From IMG/VR virus record IMGVR_UViG_3300045988_095469: a stretch of DNA of 34,854 nt; one strand, given 5' to 3'. This DNA comes from a virus. The stretch's first letter is position 1, and each line of letters opens with the position of its first letter. The notes beneath the pieces were generated by a model, which did not search any database, had not been told where the DNA came from, and worked only from the letters and a program-made list of their open reading frames with translations. The position numbers were made by a program, and so were the translations under genes. This document shows positions 23,036 to 32,623 of this stretch, piece by piece.

Positions 23036-23491
23036 CTACTTAAACATTTTATTTATATCTTCATTTGAAACTGAATTTATAGCTTCACCTACCAGTACAT
23101 ACTGCCTGTTTTCTTCATCCCATACGAAAATGTTTTTTTCAGACATGTTTATGTACAATGAATCGTCTGTTCCTTCACTTGGAAGAACATACTTCTTTAC
23201 TATCTGACATTGCTCTTTTCCTGTTAACTGCACCCACTCATTATCATAAAACCAAAGATACCCTGTTTTTTTTACATAGTAAAAGCATTCTGATACAGCC
23301 TGTAAGGATTTCCTTTCCTCTTCTGTTTCAAGAATGCTTATACTATCATAAAACGTTCTCCTGTCATTTAAGTCGAACACAATCCGCCCCTTATCTTTTA
23401 AGAAAATAAGTTGTCCGTTTTTTATTGCAATATCCTGTAACTTGTTTAATTCAGTTCCAATAATAGATAACAAGTGTTTGTTTTCATTCAT
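23036..23491 (-). CDS. Tail/baseplate-associated hypothetical protein, 151 aa
   Basis: AGGAG RBS. It lies inside the distal tail module. Confidence 0.6.
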   Translation of the reverse strand: MNENKHLLSIIGTELNKLQDIAIKNGQLIFLKDKGRIVFDLNDRRTFYDSISILETEEERKSLQAVSECFYYVKKTGYLWFYDNEWVQLTGKEQCQIVKKYVLPSEGTDDSLYINMSEKNIFVWDEENRQYVLVGEAINSVSNEDINKMFK

Positions 23492-23503
23492 AATCTAACT
23501 CTC

Positions 23504-24031
23504 CTATATCTCTGTTATATAAACTGAACCACTTCCTTCAATCTTCTTCGCTATGTCTTCTTTGTCCTGTTCTGTCAAAACATAGTTACTTCCATTGAAT
23601 TTTCCATTTTCAGCATCTTCTCTCACTGACTTTGCTATTTCTTTTGTTTCCTCCATAATGTTTTCAATTTGTTGTCTGAAACTTGGCTCATCATCAGTGG
23701 AAACTACTTCTCCAGGTCTTGCTCTTGGTTCCACCGGAATAATAAGCTTTTTCATTGTTGTTTCCGAATTACTGTCTATGTATTGAATATACAAGACAAT
23801 TTCATTTCCCTGTTGCACAAAAAAATCAGGTATTTCTACCTGACCATTTACAACAATTTTGTTTTTTGTCATTTCTGTTGCCCAATTGGAAAATTGTACT
23901 TCCGCACCATCCGGAACATCAAGGAATTTTATTTTTTGTCCCTTGTCATACTGATAAAGCATTGGTGATTCCAAAGTATCGTGACCTTCAAACTCAATGG
24001 TAATCACATTTTTTTCTTTAATTGCTATCAT
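23504..24031 (-). CDS. Baseplate upper protein-like (BppU-like) structural protein, 175 aa from MIAIKEK
   Basis: GGAAGGAAG RBS lies before the ATG at 24031. Called from its position in the baseplate cluster and its N-terminal beta-rich region. Confidence 0.5.
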   Translation of the reverse strand: MIAIKEKNVITIEFEGHDTLESPMLYQYDKGQKIKFLDVPDGAEVQFSNWATEMTKNKIVVNGQVEIPDFFVQQGNEIVLYIQYIDSNSETTMKKLIIPVEPRARPGEVVSTDDEPSFRQQIENIMEETKEIAKSVREDAENGKFNGSNYVLTEQDKEDIAKKIEGSGSVYITEI

Positions 24032-24341
24032 TCGCTTCCTTCCTTTCCATTTCTTCCCATTTAGATTCATAATCAGCAATCTCTTCCCTTAAGCTGTTAA
24101 TTCTGTCACGCATGTTCTGTCTTTCTGAATGGAGCTGTTCAATGTCATATGGGATTTCAATGTTCATAAGACTACACTCATAAGATTTTATGATCTTGTA
24201 ATCTCCATCTGAAAGTTGTTTTTCCAATGAACTTAACTCCATCTTTTTTTCCATCATTTCATCATAGAAATGCATTTTTTTAATGTACACTTCCTCTTCC
24301 GCTGTAGCTTCTCGCTCAACTCCTGCATCTATTATTATCAT
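24018..24341 (-). CDS. Small coiled-coil protein of the tail module, 107 aa from MIIIDAG
   Basis: AGGAGG RBS lies before the ATG at 24341. The track start at 24392 would overlap the Tal 3' end. Confidence 0.6.
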   Translation of the reverse strand: MIIIDAGVEREATAEEEVYIKKMHFYDEMMEKKMELSSLEKQLSDGDYKIIKSYECSLMNIEIPYDIEQLHSERQNMRDRINSLREEIADYESKWEEMERKEANDSN

Positions 24342-24354
24342 TTGCTCCAACCTC

Positions 24355-26814
24355 CTAATCGTTCTTTGCTTCATATTCATCTGACAGTGCATTTATTCCT
24401 GACATTGTCTTGTTAAATATGATTGACTGCACGTTCTGCCTCGTTATTACAGGATTGCCATCTGCATCAGAGGACCACTTATCAACATCAAAAGTTACGT
24501 AATCGCCAAGCTCCAAGAATGGAAGACCCAGTGATTTAGCCTTGAATGGTGCAAACTTAATGGTAAAAGGAATCTTTGGCTCAATCCATCCTTTTCCAAC
24601 ATTGTTTGCCACATCTAATAGCAACTGATAACTTGATTTATGTGAACTGTAAAGTGGTGAGTATGTAATGGCAAGATTATTCTTTTTATTCTCTCCATTT
24701 AAAAGTGTGCCATTTATATCCATAACCTTCCAGCCATTGTTTGAATACAAGCTGTCCTGTAATTCTATGCTGTCCTGCTCATACAACTCCGTAATGTTAA
24801 TCATTCCTGACGGATGATAAAGTTTATTTTTCTTTTTCCAACAATCTGCAAAAAACTCACTTTCAGGAGTCCACGTTGAATCAAACTCACCTGTTGATAA
24901 ATATTTTACTGCTTTAAATGTTTTTAAAAATTCACCATTAACATTTGAAACCTGAATTGTGTAATAAGATTTACCTGTTTCATCCAAATCGTGCAGCATT
25001 ACTCTTCCGCTTCGTCTTAATGATATAGTTTTTAAATTTCGCCCAGAATATTTATTTACTGTAATCTCAACTCCAAGTTCTTCTGCCAACTTATCATCAA
25101 AAGAGAACTCAATGTAATAACAATTTCCCATCACATCCGGAGTTTGAAACAATACATTTTCCTGTGGATTAATAAACGAAACATTTGATGTTACAAACCT
25201 GTTTGGATATTTAGTTGTATCTATAACTTTTTCGTAATATCCTTCCTCTCCATATGAATCACTAAATTTAACCACATTACCAACGCTATACTCTGTAGCT
25301 GAATTAAACTCACCCTTGTAATTGGAATCGGCTGTTGTCGTTCTTTTTTCTGAATTTACAAACTTATAATCAAACTCACCTGTTGTTTGGTCGATAACCC
25401 CGCAAACACCATTCATATTGCAAATCCATTGCAATAATTGGAGTGCAGAATAATCTTCCTTGAATGGACCTATTTTTAAATCTATTACATCCATTGGCAA
25501 ACTAATGTTATAGAAATTTTTCTGATTTATTCCAATTTCAGAAAACAAATCATTTCTTAAATGAAAAACTTGTAAATCATTCGGAAAATATTTTTCAAGT
25601 TTTTCAACATATTCAGGTCCATTTATCGTTGGAGCTACACCAGTTGGTGGTATTGTTAAATCTCCTGAAGCCACTTTCACAATATTACAGGCTTGATAAA
25701 AACTATCTATATAGTCCTGTTTAAAATGATAATATCCTTTAGTTTCCACATTATTTGAATCAGTATATGTGCCATACACAGTCTGGTCTTTTTTATATGT
25801 CGTTTTTAACTTGTATGAACCCTGATAAGAATATGGATCTACCATTCCCATTCCATACTCATCCACCTTATTCATCCAATCCTTAATTGATTTTTCCTGA
25901 TAATCGTATAATTTATCATAGGCTATCAATTCACTATATCTTGGATCCGCTGCCTGTCTTGTAAAGCTTTCAACCTTTCCCCTAAATATGATAATGTCTT
26001 CTGTGTTAGATGTATCAACATAACCATATACTCTTTGACATTCTTCCAATTCATCAGGATATAATTCATTTTTGCAAGCATTCGTCAATTCATATATTTT
26101 CAGGTTGCTTACAAATTCCTTGAATGCATCTGTATCTGTTCCTGAATAGCTTATTTCTGCAAACCACCCCTTTAACGGATAGTTACTTCCAATGGGATAA
26201 TGTTGGGGCATAATAATATCTGTTTTATTATTAAAATCCCGTACCACATAATAATACGGACCTCCAGTGTACCAACATCTAATGGTCATTCTCACACCAT
26301 CAAGAACCTTTTCTGATGTAAGAATTCTTATCCCGATAAAATTATCCGGTTCTCTTCCAAAAATGTTGTATTTCTTATCAGTTTCATTGTATACAATGTA
26401 AGAACTGCTTACTTTTGTTCGTTTGATATTTTCTGTTTTTTCATCAGAAACATCATCGGAATAAATATAATATTCCTGGTCAAACTTTACTATGTCCCCT
26501 GACTTGTAATTTGTTCCCTTAACCCATTCACCCTTGTAAGAATCATCCTTTACTGACAAAGTGGCTATGATGTCCTGACCTGTAATGTCTGTATCATAGT
26601 CAAATGTTGTAAGATTAAACTGAGTTGAGATACAGCCCTGTAGCATCAAATTTGAATCACTACAAAGACTGCCTGTCAAACTCATGCTTTCTTCCTGAAT
26701 GTTTGCATTTGTGATTGGAGTTAAGTTTGAATTATTTGGGAATGTGATTGTTAACTTCTTTGGAACATTCTGCTCTGTATATGCTCTTATAGTATCTTCA
26801 TTTACATTTAACAT
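24355..26814 (-). CDS. Tail-associated / baseplate hub protein (Tal-like) carrying three CBM5/12-like repeats
   Basis: 819 aa, directly after the Dit-like gene. Three YxGxW/F...Y..GD/N.VKF...YY motifs. Confidence 0.6.
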   Translation of the reverse strand: MLNVNEDTIRAYTEQNVPKKLTITFPNNSNLTPITNANIQEESMSLTGSLCSDSNLMLQGCISTQFNLTTFDYDTDITGQDIIATLSVKDDSYKGEWVKGTNYKSGDIVKFDQEYYIYSDDVSDEKTENIKRTKVSSSYIVYNETDKKYNIFGREPDNFIGIRILTSEKVLDGVRMTIRCWYTGGPYYYVVRDFNNKTDIIMPQHYPIGSNYPLKGWFAEISYSGTDTDAFKEFVSNLKIYELTNACKNELYPDELEECQRVYGYVDTSNTEDIIIFRGKVESFTRQAADPRYSELIAYDKLYDYQEKSIKDWMNKVDEYGMGMVDPYSYQGSYKLKTTYKKDQTVYGTYTDSNNVETKGYYHFKQDYIDSFYQACNIVKVASGDLTIPPTGVAPTINGPEYVEKLEKYFPNDLQVFHLRNDLFSEIGINQKNFYNISLPMDVIDLKIGPFKEDYSALQLLQWICNMNGVCGVIDQTTGEFDYKFVNSEKRTTTADSNYKGEFNSATEYSVGNVVKFSDSYGEEGYYEKVIDTTKYPNRFVTSNVSFINPQENVLFQTPDVMGNCYYIEFSFDDKLAEELGVEITVNKYSGRNLKTISLRRSGRVMLHDLDETGKSYYTIQVSNVNGEFLKTFKAVKYLSTGEFDSTWTPESEFFADCWKKKNKLYHPSGMINITELYEQDSIELQDSLYSNNGWKVMDINGTLLNGENKKNNLAITYSPLYSSHKSSYQLLLDVANNVGKGWIEPKIPFTIKFAPFKAKSLGLPFLELGDYVTFDVDKWSSDADGNPVITRQNVQSIIFNKTMSGINALSDEYEAKND

Positions 26815-26826
26815 TGGTGCTCCTTT

Positions 26827-27234
26827 CTAGTACTCTATGAATTCCATCTTTAACGGATTATACAGTAATTCATTCCTCATCTGATTTTTTATTGTATATG
26901 AAATATCCGGCATATACACCACAGCGTTTTTGTAGGTTAAATCCTCTGAGTTCCAGTAAGTTATTTTTATTTTTCTTTCAGTTCTGTTAATTGTCCCCTG
27001 ATTCAGCAATTGTCGTATTTCTTCATATTGACTTTGCAGAAGTGGTGGTGTTTCAAATTCAATCTTTGTTTTGAAATTAGGAGAAGTCTGTCTAATAAGA
27101 TAATTATTTGTATTTCTGTAAGCCTTAAGTTCAGACCTCTGGTTATCCGTTGATGTATACGTTTCACTTTTTATATATTTCATTGGAAATATTTGGTCCT
27201 TTACTTTTAACAAATATCCTTTATACTTTGCCAT
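26827..27234 (-). CDS. Distal tail protein candidate (short, 135 aa)
   Basis: It lies immediately downstream of the tape measure gene. It is smaller than a classical Dit. Confidence 0.45.
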   Translation of the reverse strand: MAKYKGYLLKVKDQIFPMKYIKSETYTSTDNQRSELKAYRNTNNYLIRQTSPNFKTKIEFETPPLLQSQYEEIRQLLNQGTINRTERKIKITYWNSEDLTYKNAVVYMPDISYTIKNQMRNELLYNPLKMEFIEY

Positions 27235-27249
27235 TTTCTACCTCTTTTC

Positions 27250-30200
27250 TTAAATCCATACAGGTTTTCCTGTTCTTCTCTGCTCCTGAACCACTTCTTG
27301 TTTTACCATGTTGAATACTCCTCTTGAATCCTGCTGAACAATAACATTAACCTGCATGTTTGAAATTGCATTAAGTAAATCTTTATCAGAAATACCTGTT
27401 GCATTTTCACCCTGTACCTGTCTAAATGCATCTACAATGGTTGATAATGGAGATTCAATGTTTGTTCCGTGTTTCTGATCACCGATCATAGCCAAAAATG
27501 GTGCATTAGGTTTCAAAACAGCACCTTCGGCAAGCGCTGGAACACCACCCATTTTAGGAATTTGAGGTACTGGCAACGGATTGTGTCCCCACATCTTTTC
27601 AAATGGTTTCCATTTCATTATTTTTACTGCTCTAATGTTATTAAGCATTCCATTGATTTTATCAAATGGTATGGCCACAACTTTATTAATCCCACCTATC
27701 AGGGAGTTAACCACTGATTTAAATACCGAAGCGATTCCAGCCTTTATTCCTGAAAATACTTTTCCACCTGTGCTGAATACATCTTTTACTGCCTGCCAAG
27801 CCTTGCTGAATGTATCCTTGAACCAACCTGATACATGTCCGAAACTTCCCTTTATTCCGTTCCAAACATTCTTAAAGAATGCTCCCGGATTACTAAATAT
27901 GGACTTAATCGCATTCCAAGCACCACTAAAAACTCCCTTAAAGAATCCTATTACACCTGAGAACACATTTTTAATTGCTGTCCACCCTGTTGTCATAACT
28001 GTATATATTCCATTTACTACAACTTTTATATATGATGCAACCTTACTGCAAATTGCCACTATTGTATTCTTTACAAAGTCCATAGCTATATTGATTATGC
28101 TTTTTATTCCATCAAACACACTCTTAAACACGTTTTTGATTCCGTTCCATGCCTTTTTCCAATCTCCTGTAAACACACCCACCACAAAATCAATTAAACC
28201 ATTAATGACATTCATTAAGGTTGTAATAACAACGCTGATTACGCTTATAATACCCTGTATCTTGTTCCATGTTGTTTCTATGGTAAAGGCTATTTGTGGC
28301 ATTGCCTTTTCGATGAACCAGCCGATTATTGGAGATAAGAAATTGAACAATTTTCCTGCAACATCAATAACTCTTCCAATGAATCCAAATATGCTATTAA
28401 ACATTGGACTAATATAGGTGTTCAACAAACTGCTTAATTCACTGGCAATTCTTGAAAATACCGGTGCCAGAAATGAATTATATCCATCAAGAACATAATC
28501 AAATATTGTGGATAAGCCACTTCCTATATTGTCAAATGCCGGCTTTATGTACTGATCATACATTGAATTAATGTTTGTAAAGACTTCCTGAACAAATGTC
28601 TTTATTCCACTAACAGCTGTTTCTATTGGTTTGATTGTGTTCATTAAAGCTGTTTTAATTGTATCCGTATTTTCAACAATCGGTGTTGTAATTGCCTGCA
28701 TAATGTCACGTCCGATTTTCTGGCATAAAACATATAATTCAAGTTGTACAGTTGTAAAAATAGCCAATACATCAGCCACAATTTGCTGTGCATCATCACT
28801 TTCAAAAACTGTAAAAATGTCTGCCACTGCTGCACAAAAGTTCGCAAATATTTCTGCTCTTTCTGCTGATATATTTAACATCTCAACTATTTTGTCTTTC
28901 AAATAATCCTTATTTTGTTCGAAAAACTTATCAATGCCACCAATCAACATTGTTGCAATGCTTATTCCAATGCTTGCCATTGAGCCCACTATTTTCCCAA
29001 CGCTTAATGCTATGCTGTCTGCCCAATTACTTGCTGCATCCAACACTTTTTTGTCTGTAAAAATTTCCTTGATGTTCTTTCCTATGTTTATGAGAGCATT
29101 TTTTATGACATCTAAACCTTTGCTTTTAAATCCCAGTGTAAAACCTGTCTTGAACAATCCTGCTAATTTCTGAAATTTACCAAAAATCTTATCAAGCCAC
29201 TTGTTCATTGTTCCCAGTGCTCCATTGCCTGCATCAACATTTGGAGTAATGTCCTTGACTGCACTTGCTCCTGAAGCTGAAGCTGTTCCAGAACCTGATC
29301 CTGACGTTCCCGAATCACTGTCATTTTGCTGTAATACATTTAATTCATCAAATCCTGCAAGTCCTCTTGCCGCTTTTGCTGCTTTCTTTGTTGAATCAGT
29401 TAATCCATTCATTCCACTTGTGGCTTCATCAGCATTACTTGCCACATCTGACAACTCATTGCTGGTTGATTGTACTGTCGATGAATCATCTGACTTATTC
29501 CCGGTAATCATGTCAGTGAATGACTTAAACATTCCTGCCAATGTGGTTAATTTTCCCATTAAGGTGTTAACCAATTTTATTACAGGAGTGAACACGTTAA
29601 TGAGCCCTTGTCCTATTGAAGCCCTCAAGCTATCAAACTGCAACGACAATAATCTTGTTTGATTCGCCCAACTGTCTGATGTTCTTGCAAAGTCTCCTGA
29701 CGCATCAGTTAACTGTTTCTGAACAAAGGCATATCTTAAAGCTACCTTTTCCTGCTCAGTCATTTTTGCAGTAGTCTTTCCAAATCCATTCTGCAATGCA
29801 AACTGATCCAATGCTGTCTGTGTCATTACTACACCTAAATCCTTGAGGGATTCAGTTTCACCGGTAAACACTGACTTAAGTTTCGTATATGCCTCATCCT
29901 GACTAATATTGTAAAAAGATGCAACATCACCTGATAATCCGGTAAGAGTTGTACTCATTTCAGCTGCTTCTTTTTCAGAAAATCCAAAAGCCTTTGACAT
30001 TGAGCCAAATGTACCTGCATATCTTTTGGCCATTGTTTCTGATAGACCAAATTGAGATGCTGCATTCTTTGCAAACTTGTCAATTGTTCCACTCATTTTG
30101 GGAAAAGCCACATCAACCACGTTTTGAACTTCTGCAAGGTCAGAGCCTAACTCCATGCACTGCTTTCCAAAATCAAAAGTTTTCTTTATGGCAAAAGCTG

Positions 30201-30315
30201 AAGCCAATGTTGCTCCAACTTTCTTTGCCATCTTTCCAATTCCTGACAACTGAGAATTGAATCCACTTTGGTTTAATTCCAAATCAAGAGCTATTGCTCC
30301 TACACTTTCTGCCAT
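27250..30315 (-). CDS. Tape measure protein (TP901-family N-terminal domain)
   Basis: 1021 aa. SDLAEVQNVVDVAF...RYAGTFGSM...LKSVFTGETESLKDLGVVMTQ motifs. W..IK..F repeats. It follows G/GT. Confidence 0.92.
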   Translation of the reverse strand: MAESVGAIALDLELNQSGFNSQLSGIGKMAKKVGATLASAFAIKKTFDFGKQCMELGSDLAEVQNVVDVAFPKMSGTIDKFAKNAASQFGLSETMAKRYAGTFGSMSKAFGFSEKEAAEMSTTLTGLSGDVASFYNISQDEAYTKLKSVFTGETESLKDLGVVMTQTALDQFALQNGFGKTTAKMTEQEKVALRYAFVQKQLTDASGDFARTSDSWANQTRLLSLQFDSLRASIGQGLINVFTPVIKLVNTLMGKLTTLAGMFKSFTDMITGNKSDDSSTVQSTSNELSDVASNADEATSGMNGLTDSTKKAAKAARGLAGFDELNVLQQNDSDSGTSGSGSGTASASGASAVKDITPNVDAGNGALGTMNKWLDKIFGKFQKLAGLFKTGFTLGFKSKGLDVIKNALINIGKNIKEIFTDKKVLDAASNWADSIALSVGKIVGSMASIGISIATMLIGGIDKFFEQNKDYLKDKIVEMLNISAERAEIFANFCAAVADIFTVFESDDAQQIVADVLAIFTTVQLELYVLCQKIGRDIMQAITTPIVENTDTIKTALMNTIKPIETAVSGIKTFVQEVFTNINSMYDQYIKPAFDNIGSGLSTIFDYVLDGYNSFLAPVFSRIASELSSLLNTYISPMFNSIFGFIGRVIDVAGKLFNFLSPIIGWFIEKAMPQIAFTIETTWNKIQGIISVISVVITTLMNVINGLIDFVVGVFTGDWKKAWNGIKNVFKSVFDGIKSIINIAMDFVKNTIVAICSKVASYIKVVVNGIYTVMTTGWTAIKNVFSGVIGFFKGVFSGAWNAIKSIFSNPGAFFKNVWNGIKGSFGHVSGWFKDTFSKAWQAVKDVFSTGGKVFSGIKAGIASVFKSVVNSLIGGINKVVAIPFDKINGMLNNIRAVKIMKWKPFEKMWGHNPLPVPQIPKMGGVPALAEGAVLKPNAPFLAMIGDQKHGTNIESPLSTIVDAFRQVQGENATGISDKDLLNAISNMQVNVIVQQDSRGVFNMVKQEVVQEQRRTGKPVWI

Positions 30316-30330
30316 AATAAACCTCCTTTC

Positions 30331-30986
30331 CTACTGCCTTGATAATTCAGAAGTATTTAATCCTGCCATTTCCCAAAAGACTTTCTCGAACATTTCTGAA
30401 GCTTTTTCTGCTTCCTTCTTATTACCTGGTCTCTTTGCCTTCTTAAGCCTGTACTCGTTTCTAATTCTCTGTTGGTCCTTAGTAAAATTCTTTAATACTT
30501 CACTGTCATCTTCTGCTCTTATTGAAACAATTCTGCCCAAAATGGTATTAGGTCCCAGTCCGATCAATAGACTTTTAAATTCGCTCCAACGCATATCTTT
30601 TATGTCACGTATTCTTAATCCATACTGCGTTGTAAATGAAGCTACTATTAAATCAAAATCATCTATCAGGTCATAATAAGGATCTACTCCCCCGAATTTT
30701 TGTCAGCATCATCATTTCCTGATGCAAGTTCAACTGCTGCCATCACAACTTTCTGATAGTCAGAAAAACTGAGTTTCATTTTTGAAAGCTTTTCCTTTGA
30801 ATCATCTGTGAAAATTATTTTGCAAAGTTCTTCAACATCCTTTGCGGTTGGTCTGTCAGACACCAATCCCATAACCTTCAACATATTTTCTGCTGTTGCA
30901 TCGATCTCTAATTCTGTATCCTTTATTTTTAATCTTGGATTATCCTCAAACGCTAATTTATTTGTAATATCTATTATTTTTGACAT
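30331..30986 (-). CDS. Tail assembly chaperone fusion product GT, made by a -1 frameshift near 30690 (about 218 aa)
   Basis: The -1 frame is open from 30704 to the stop at 30331. It overlaps the last 6 codons of G. A G5 run (30689-30693) and an A5 run (30697-30701) lie in the overlap. Confidence 0.7.
30684..30986 (-). CDS. Tail assembly chaperone G, 100 aa from MSKIIDI
   Basis: AGGAGGA RBS lies before the ATG at 30986. It sits between the major tail protein and the tape measure. Acidic C-terminus. Confidence 0.8.
   Translation of the reverse strand: MSKIIDITNKLAFEDNPRLKIKDTELEIDATAENMLKVMGLVSDRPTAKDVEELCKIIFTDDSKEKLSKMKLSFSDYQKVVMAAVELASGNDDADKNSGE
30687..30704 (-). promoter_or_regulatory. 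Programmed -1 ribosomal frameshift window (GAC AAA AAT TCG GGG GAG TAG)
   Basis: This is the only stretch where the zero frame and the -1 frame are both open. It contains homopolymer slip sites. Confidence 0.6.
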
Positions 30987-30999
30987 TCTTATTCCTCCT

Positions 31000-31039
31000 A
31001 AAAAAATAGAGCAAGTCAACTAATTCTGCTGACCTGCTC
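31000..31039 (-). terminator. Terminator/attenuator between the major tail protein and chaperone genes
   Basis: Minus-strand GAGCAGGUCA-N11-UGACUUGCUC (10 bp, one G-U), then UAUUUUUUUA immediately before the G RBS. Confidence 0.6.
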
Positions 31040-31059
31040 TTGTTCAATATGATTCCAAA

Positions 31060-31494
31060 TTAAACTGCCGGTGTAACGGTCGGTTTTCCATTTGACATTA
31101 CATCAAACTCTAATGGTGCCACATTTGTGCTGTCTCCTGCACCTAATTCTGTAACATTGTATACTGCATTTTCAAATAATACTGTAGTACCATCCTTAAA
31201 TGTCCACTGAAAAGCTCCTTCTGCATCTCTTCCATTCTTAAACGCTTTCCCGGCAACATAATCATTACCAGTATCTCCAACATTTCTTTTTCCGGTTACT
31301 GAAATTGTTAATCCCTTGGATGTCATTAATCTTCTAATCCAGCCCTCTGTATCCATTGGAGTCCATTCTTCAACCCCATTGTCAAAAGATACAGAGTAAG
31401 ATTCCATGTCTGCAATGCTTCCAAGGCTTGCCTTATCAGCTCCTACCTGAAACTGATTATCATATACCGGATATACTCCTGTTGCTTTTGCCAT
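31060..31494 (-). CDS. Major tail protein
   Basis: 144 aa, upstream of G/GT. AAAGGAG RBS. Sequence features are typical of siphovirus tube proteins. Confidence 0.8.
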   Translation of the reverse strand: MAKATGVYPVYDNQFQVGADKASLGSIADMESYSVSFDNGVEEWTPMDTEGWIRRLMTSKGLTISVTGKRNVGDTGNDYVAGKAFKNGRDAEGAFQWTFKDGTTVLFENAVYNVTELGAGDSTNVAPLEFDVMSNGKPTVTPAV

Positions 31495-31496
31495 GT

Positions 31497-31904
31497 CTAT
31501 TCTCCTTTCTCTACCTTGTAATAAAAATCTACTTCTATTACTCTTTCATATATGTTGTTATCATCAGTACCAACATCTATTGGCTCTGACGATAATAGAC
31601 TTACATAAACTATTTCAACATTGTTGATAAGTATGTTTCTTGCTTCTGCCATTTTTCTGTACAATTCAAAAGCCTTTCGCTCTGTATCATCAGCATCATT
31701 ATTCCAATGAATCAGTAATGATACAGGTTTAACCTCATAGCTTTTTAAATCACCATAGCAGATTCTTGGCGGATTACTTGTTTTTCGCTGATAAACACCC
31801 AGTGACTTGTCCTGTTTATTGTCAAGCTTGCCAATGTAATAATGTTCCGCAACATTAAATGTTTTCAGCCAGTCCTTAATGTCCTTTAAATAAAGCACTA
31901 TCAT
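31497..31904 (-). CDS. Tail completion / tail terminator-like protein (DUF3168-like)
   Basis: Called from position and size (135 aa) between the gp10-like gene and the major tail gene. ATGA overlap with the upstream gene. Confidence 0.6.
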   Translation of the reverse strand: MIVLYLKDIKDWLKTFNVAEHYYIGKLDNKQDKSLGVYQRKTSNPPRICYGDLKSYEVKPVSLLIHWNNDADDTERKAFELYRKMAEARNILINNVEIVYVSLLSSEPIDVGTDDNNIYERVIEVDFYYKVEKGE

Positions 31905-32284
31905 AATCCTCCATTTCTTTTATATAATTTCTTAAATGTGTCTCTTGCAAAGTTCTGTTTTTTGCCTCCTGCCAAATAATCCTCAAACCATTTACCTCCG
32001 GCATTTGGATTTTCTGCAGTACTAAAGTTGTATTCAGGATGATAATAAAGTCTTCTTGCGTAAGGAGTACTTGAAACAATCTGCACCCTTCCCTGATTAC
32101 TTTCCTTGTAATCAACAAATGTTTGCGTGTTTTGCAATGTTCCCTTGTCAAAGGGCATTACCTGTGATTGCTTTAAATCACTTTGAACTGCATCAGCAGT
32201 CTGCTCTAGTGAAGTAACAGCCGCTGTACTTAGTTTTTTTATCACTCCCATGTTTAACTTTACTCTTGATTTTGCCTTTATCAT
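31901..32284 (-). CDS. HK97 gp10-like head-tail joining protein
   Basis: 127 aa. SSTPYARRLYYHPEYNF region. Standard position in the connector cluster. Confidence 0.6.
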   Translation of the reverse strand: MIKAKSRVKLNMGVIKKLSTAAVTSLEQTADAVQSDLKQSQVMPFDKGTLQNTQTFVDYKESNQGRVQIVSSTPYARRLYYHPEYNFSTAENPNAGGKWFEDYLAGGKKQNFARDTFKKLYKRNGGL

Positions 32285-32623
32285 TTAATTCAACTCCAAT
32301 AATGTAAAATTAACTGTCCCATCAGGGTTTCTTGCTTTTGTTCCCTGATAAATACTTCTCTTAACTCCAAAGACCTTGACATACCCACTGCTTATGACTG
32401 ACTGTTTAGGACATATGTCTCCGTCAAAATAGGCTTTTCCGTCCAATGTAACAATCTTCTGTTCTGCAGTTAATTTTGTGTATGCCTTATCCTGATAATT
32501 ACACTTTAATTTCTTCTGACACACAATAATGGGAGAGCCTGTTTCTGACAAGCCCTCTCCATAAATCACCACTTCCATTTCAGTGGTACACATTCTGTCT
32601 GGAACTAACTTGGGATATTTCAT
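32285..32623 (-). CDS. Head closure / head-tail adaptor protein
   Basis: 112 aa, abutting its neighbours with no gaps. Standard position. Confidence 0.6.
   Translation of the reverse strand: MKYPKLVPDRMCTTEMEVVIYGEGLSETGSPIIVCQKKLKCNYQDKAYTKLTAEQKIVTLDGKAYFDGDICPKQSVISSGYVKVFGVKRSIYQGTKARNPDGTVNFTLLELN

Noticed and set aside
27581-28417. Long plus-strand ORFs antisense to structural genes. Examples: 27581..28417 (278 aa), 29201..29662, 30257..30676, 9637..10086, 5363..5794, 108..365.
   Set aside because: They have no RBS and a low-complexity Leu/Phe/Ser/Ile-rich composition typical of the antisense strand of AT-rich genes. Each is fully covered by a well-supported minus-strand gene.
31876-32151. 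Track ORF of 91 aa overlapping the gp10-like and tail-completion genes in another frame.
   Set aside because: It lies entirely within better-supported tightly coupled genes and has no RBS.
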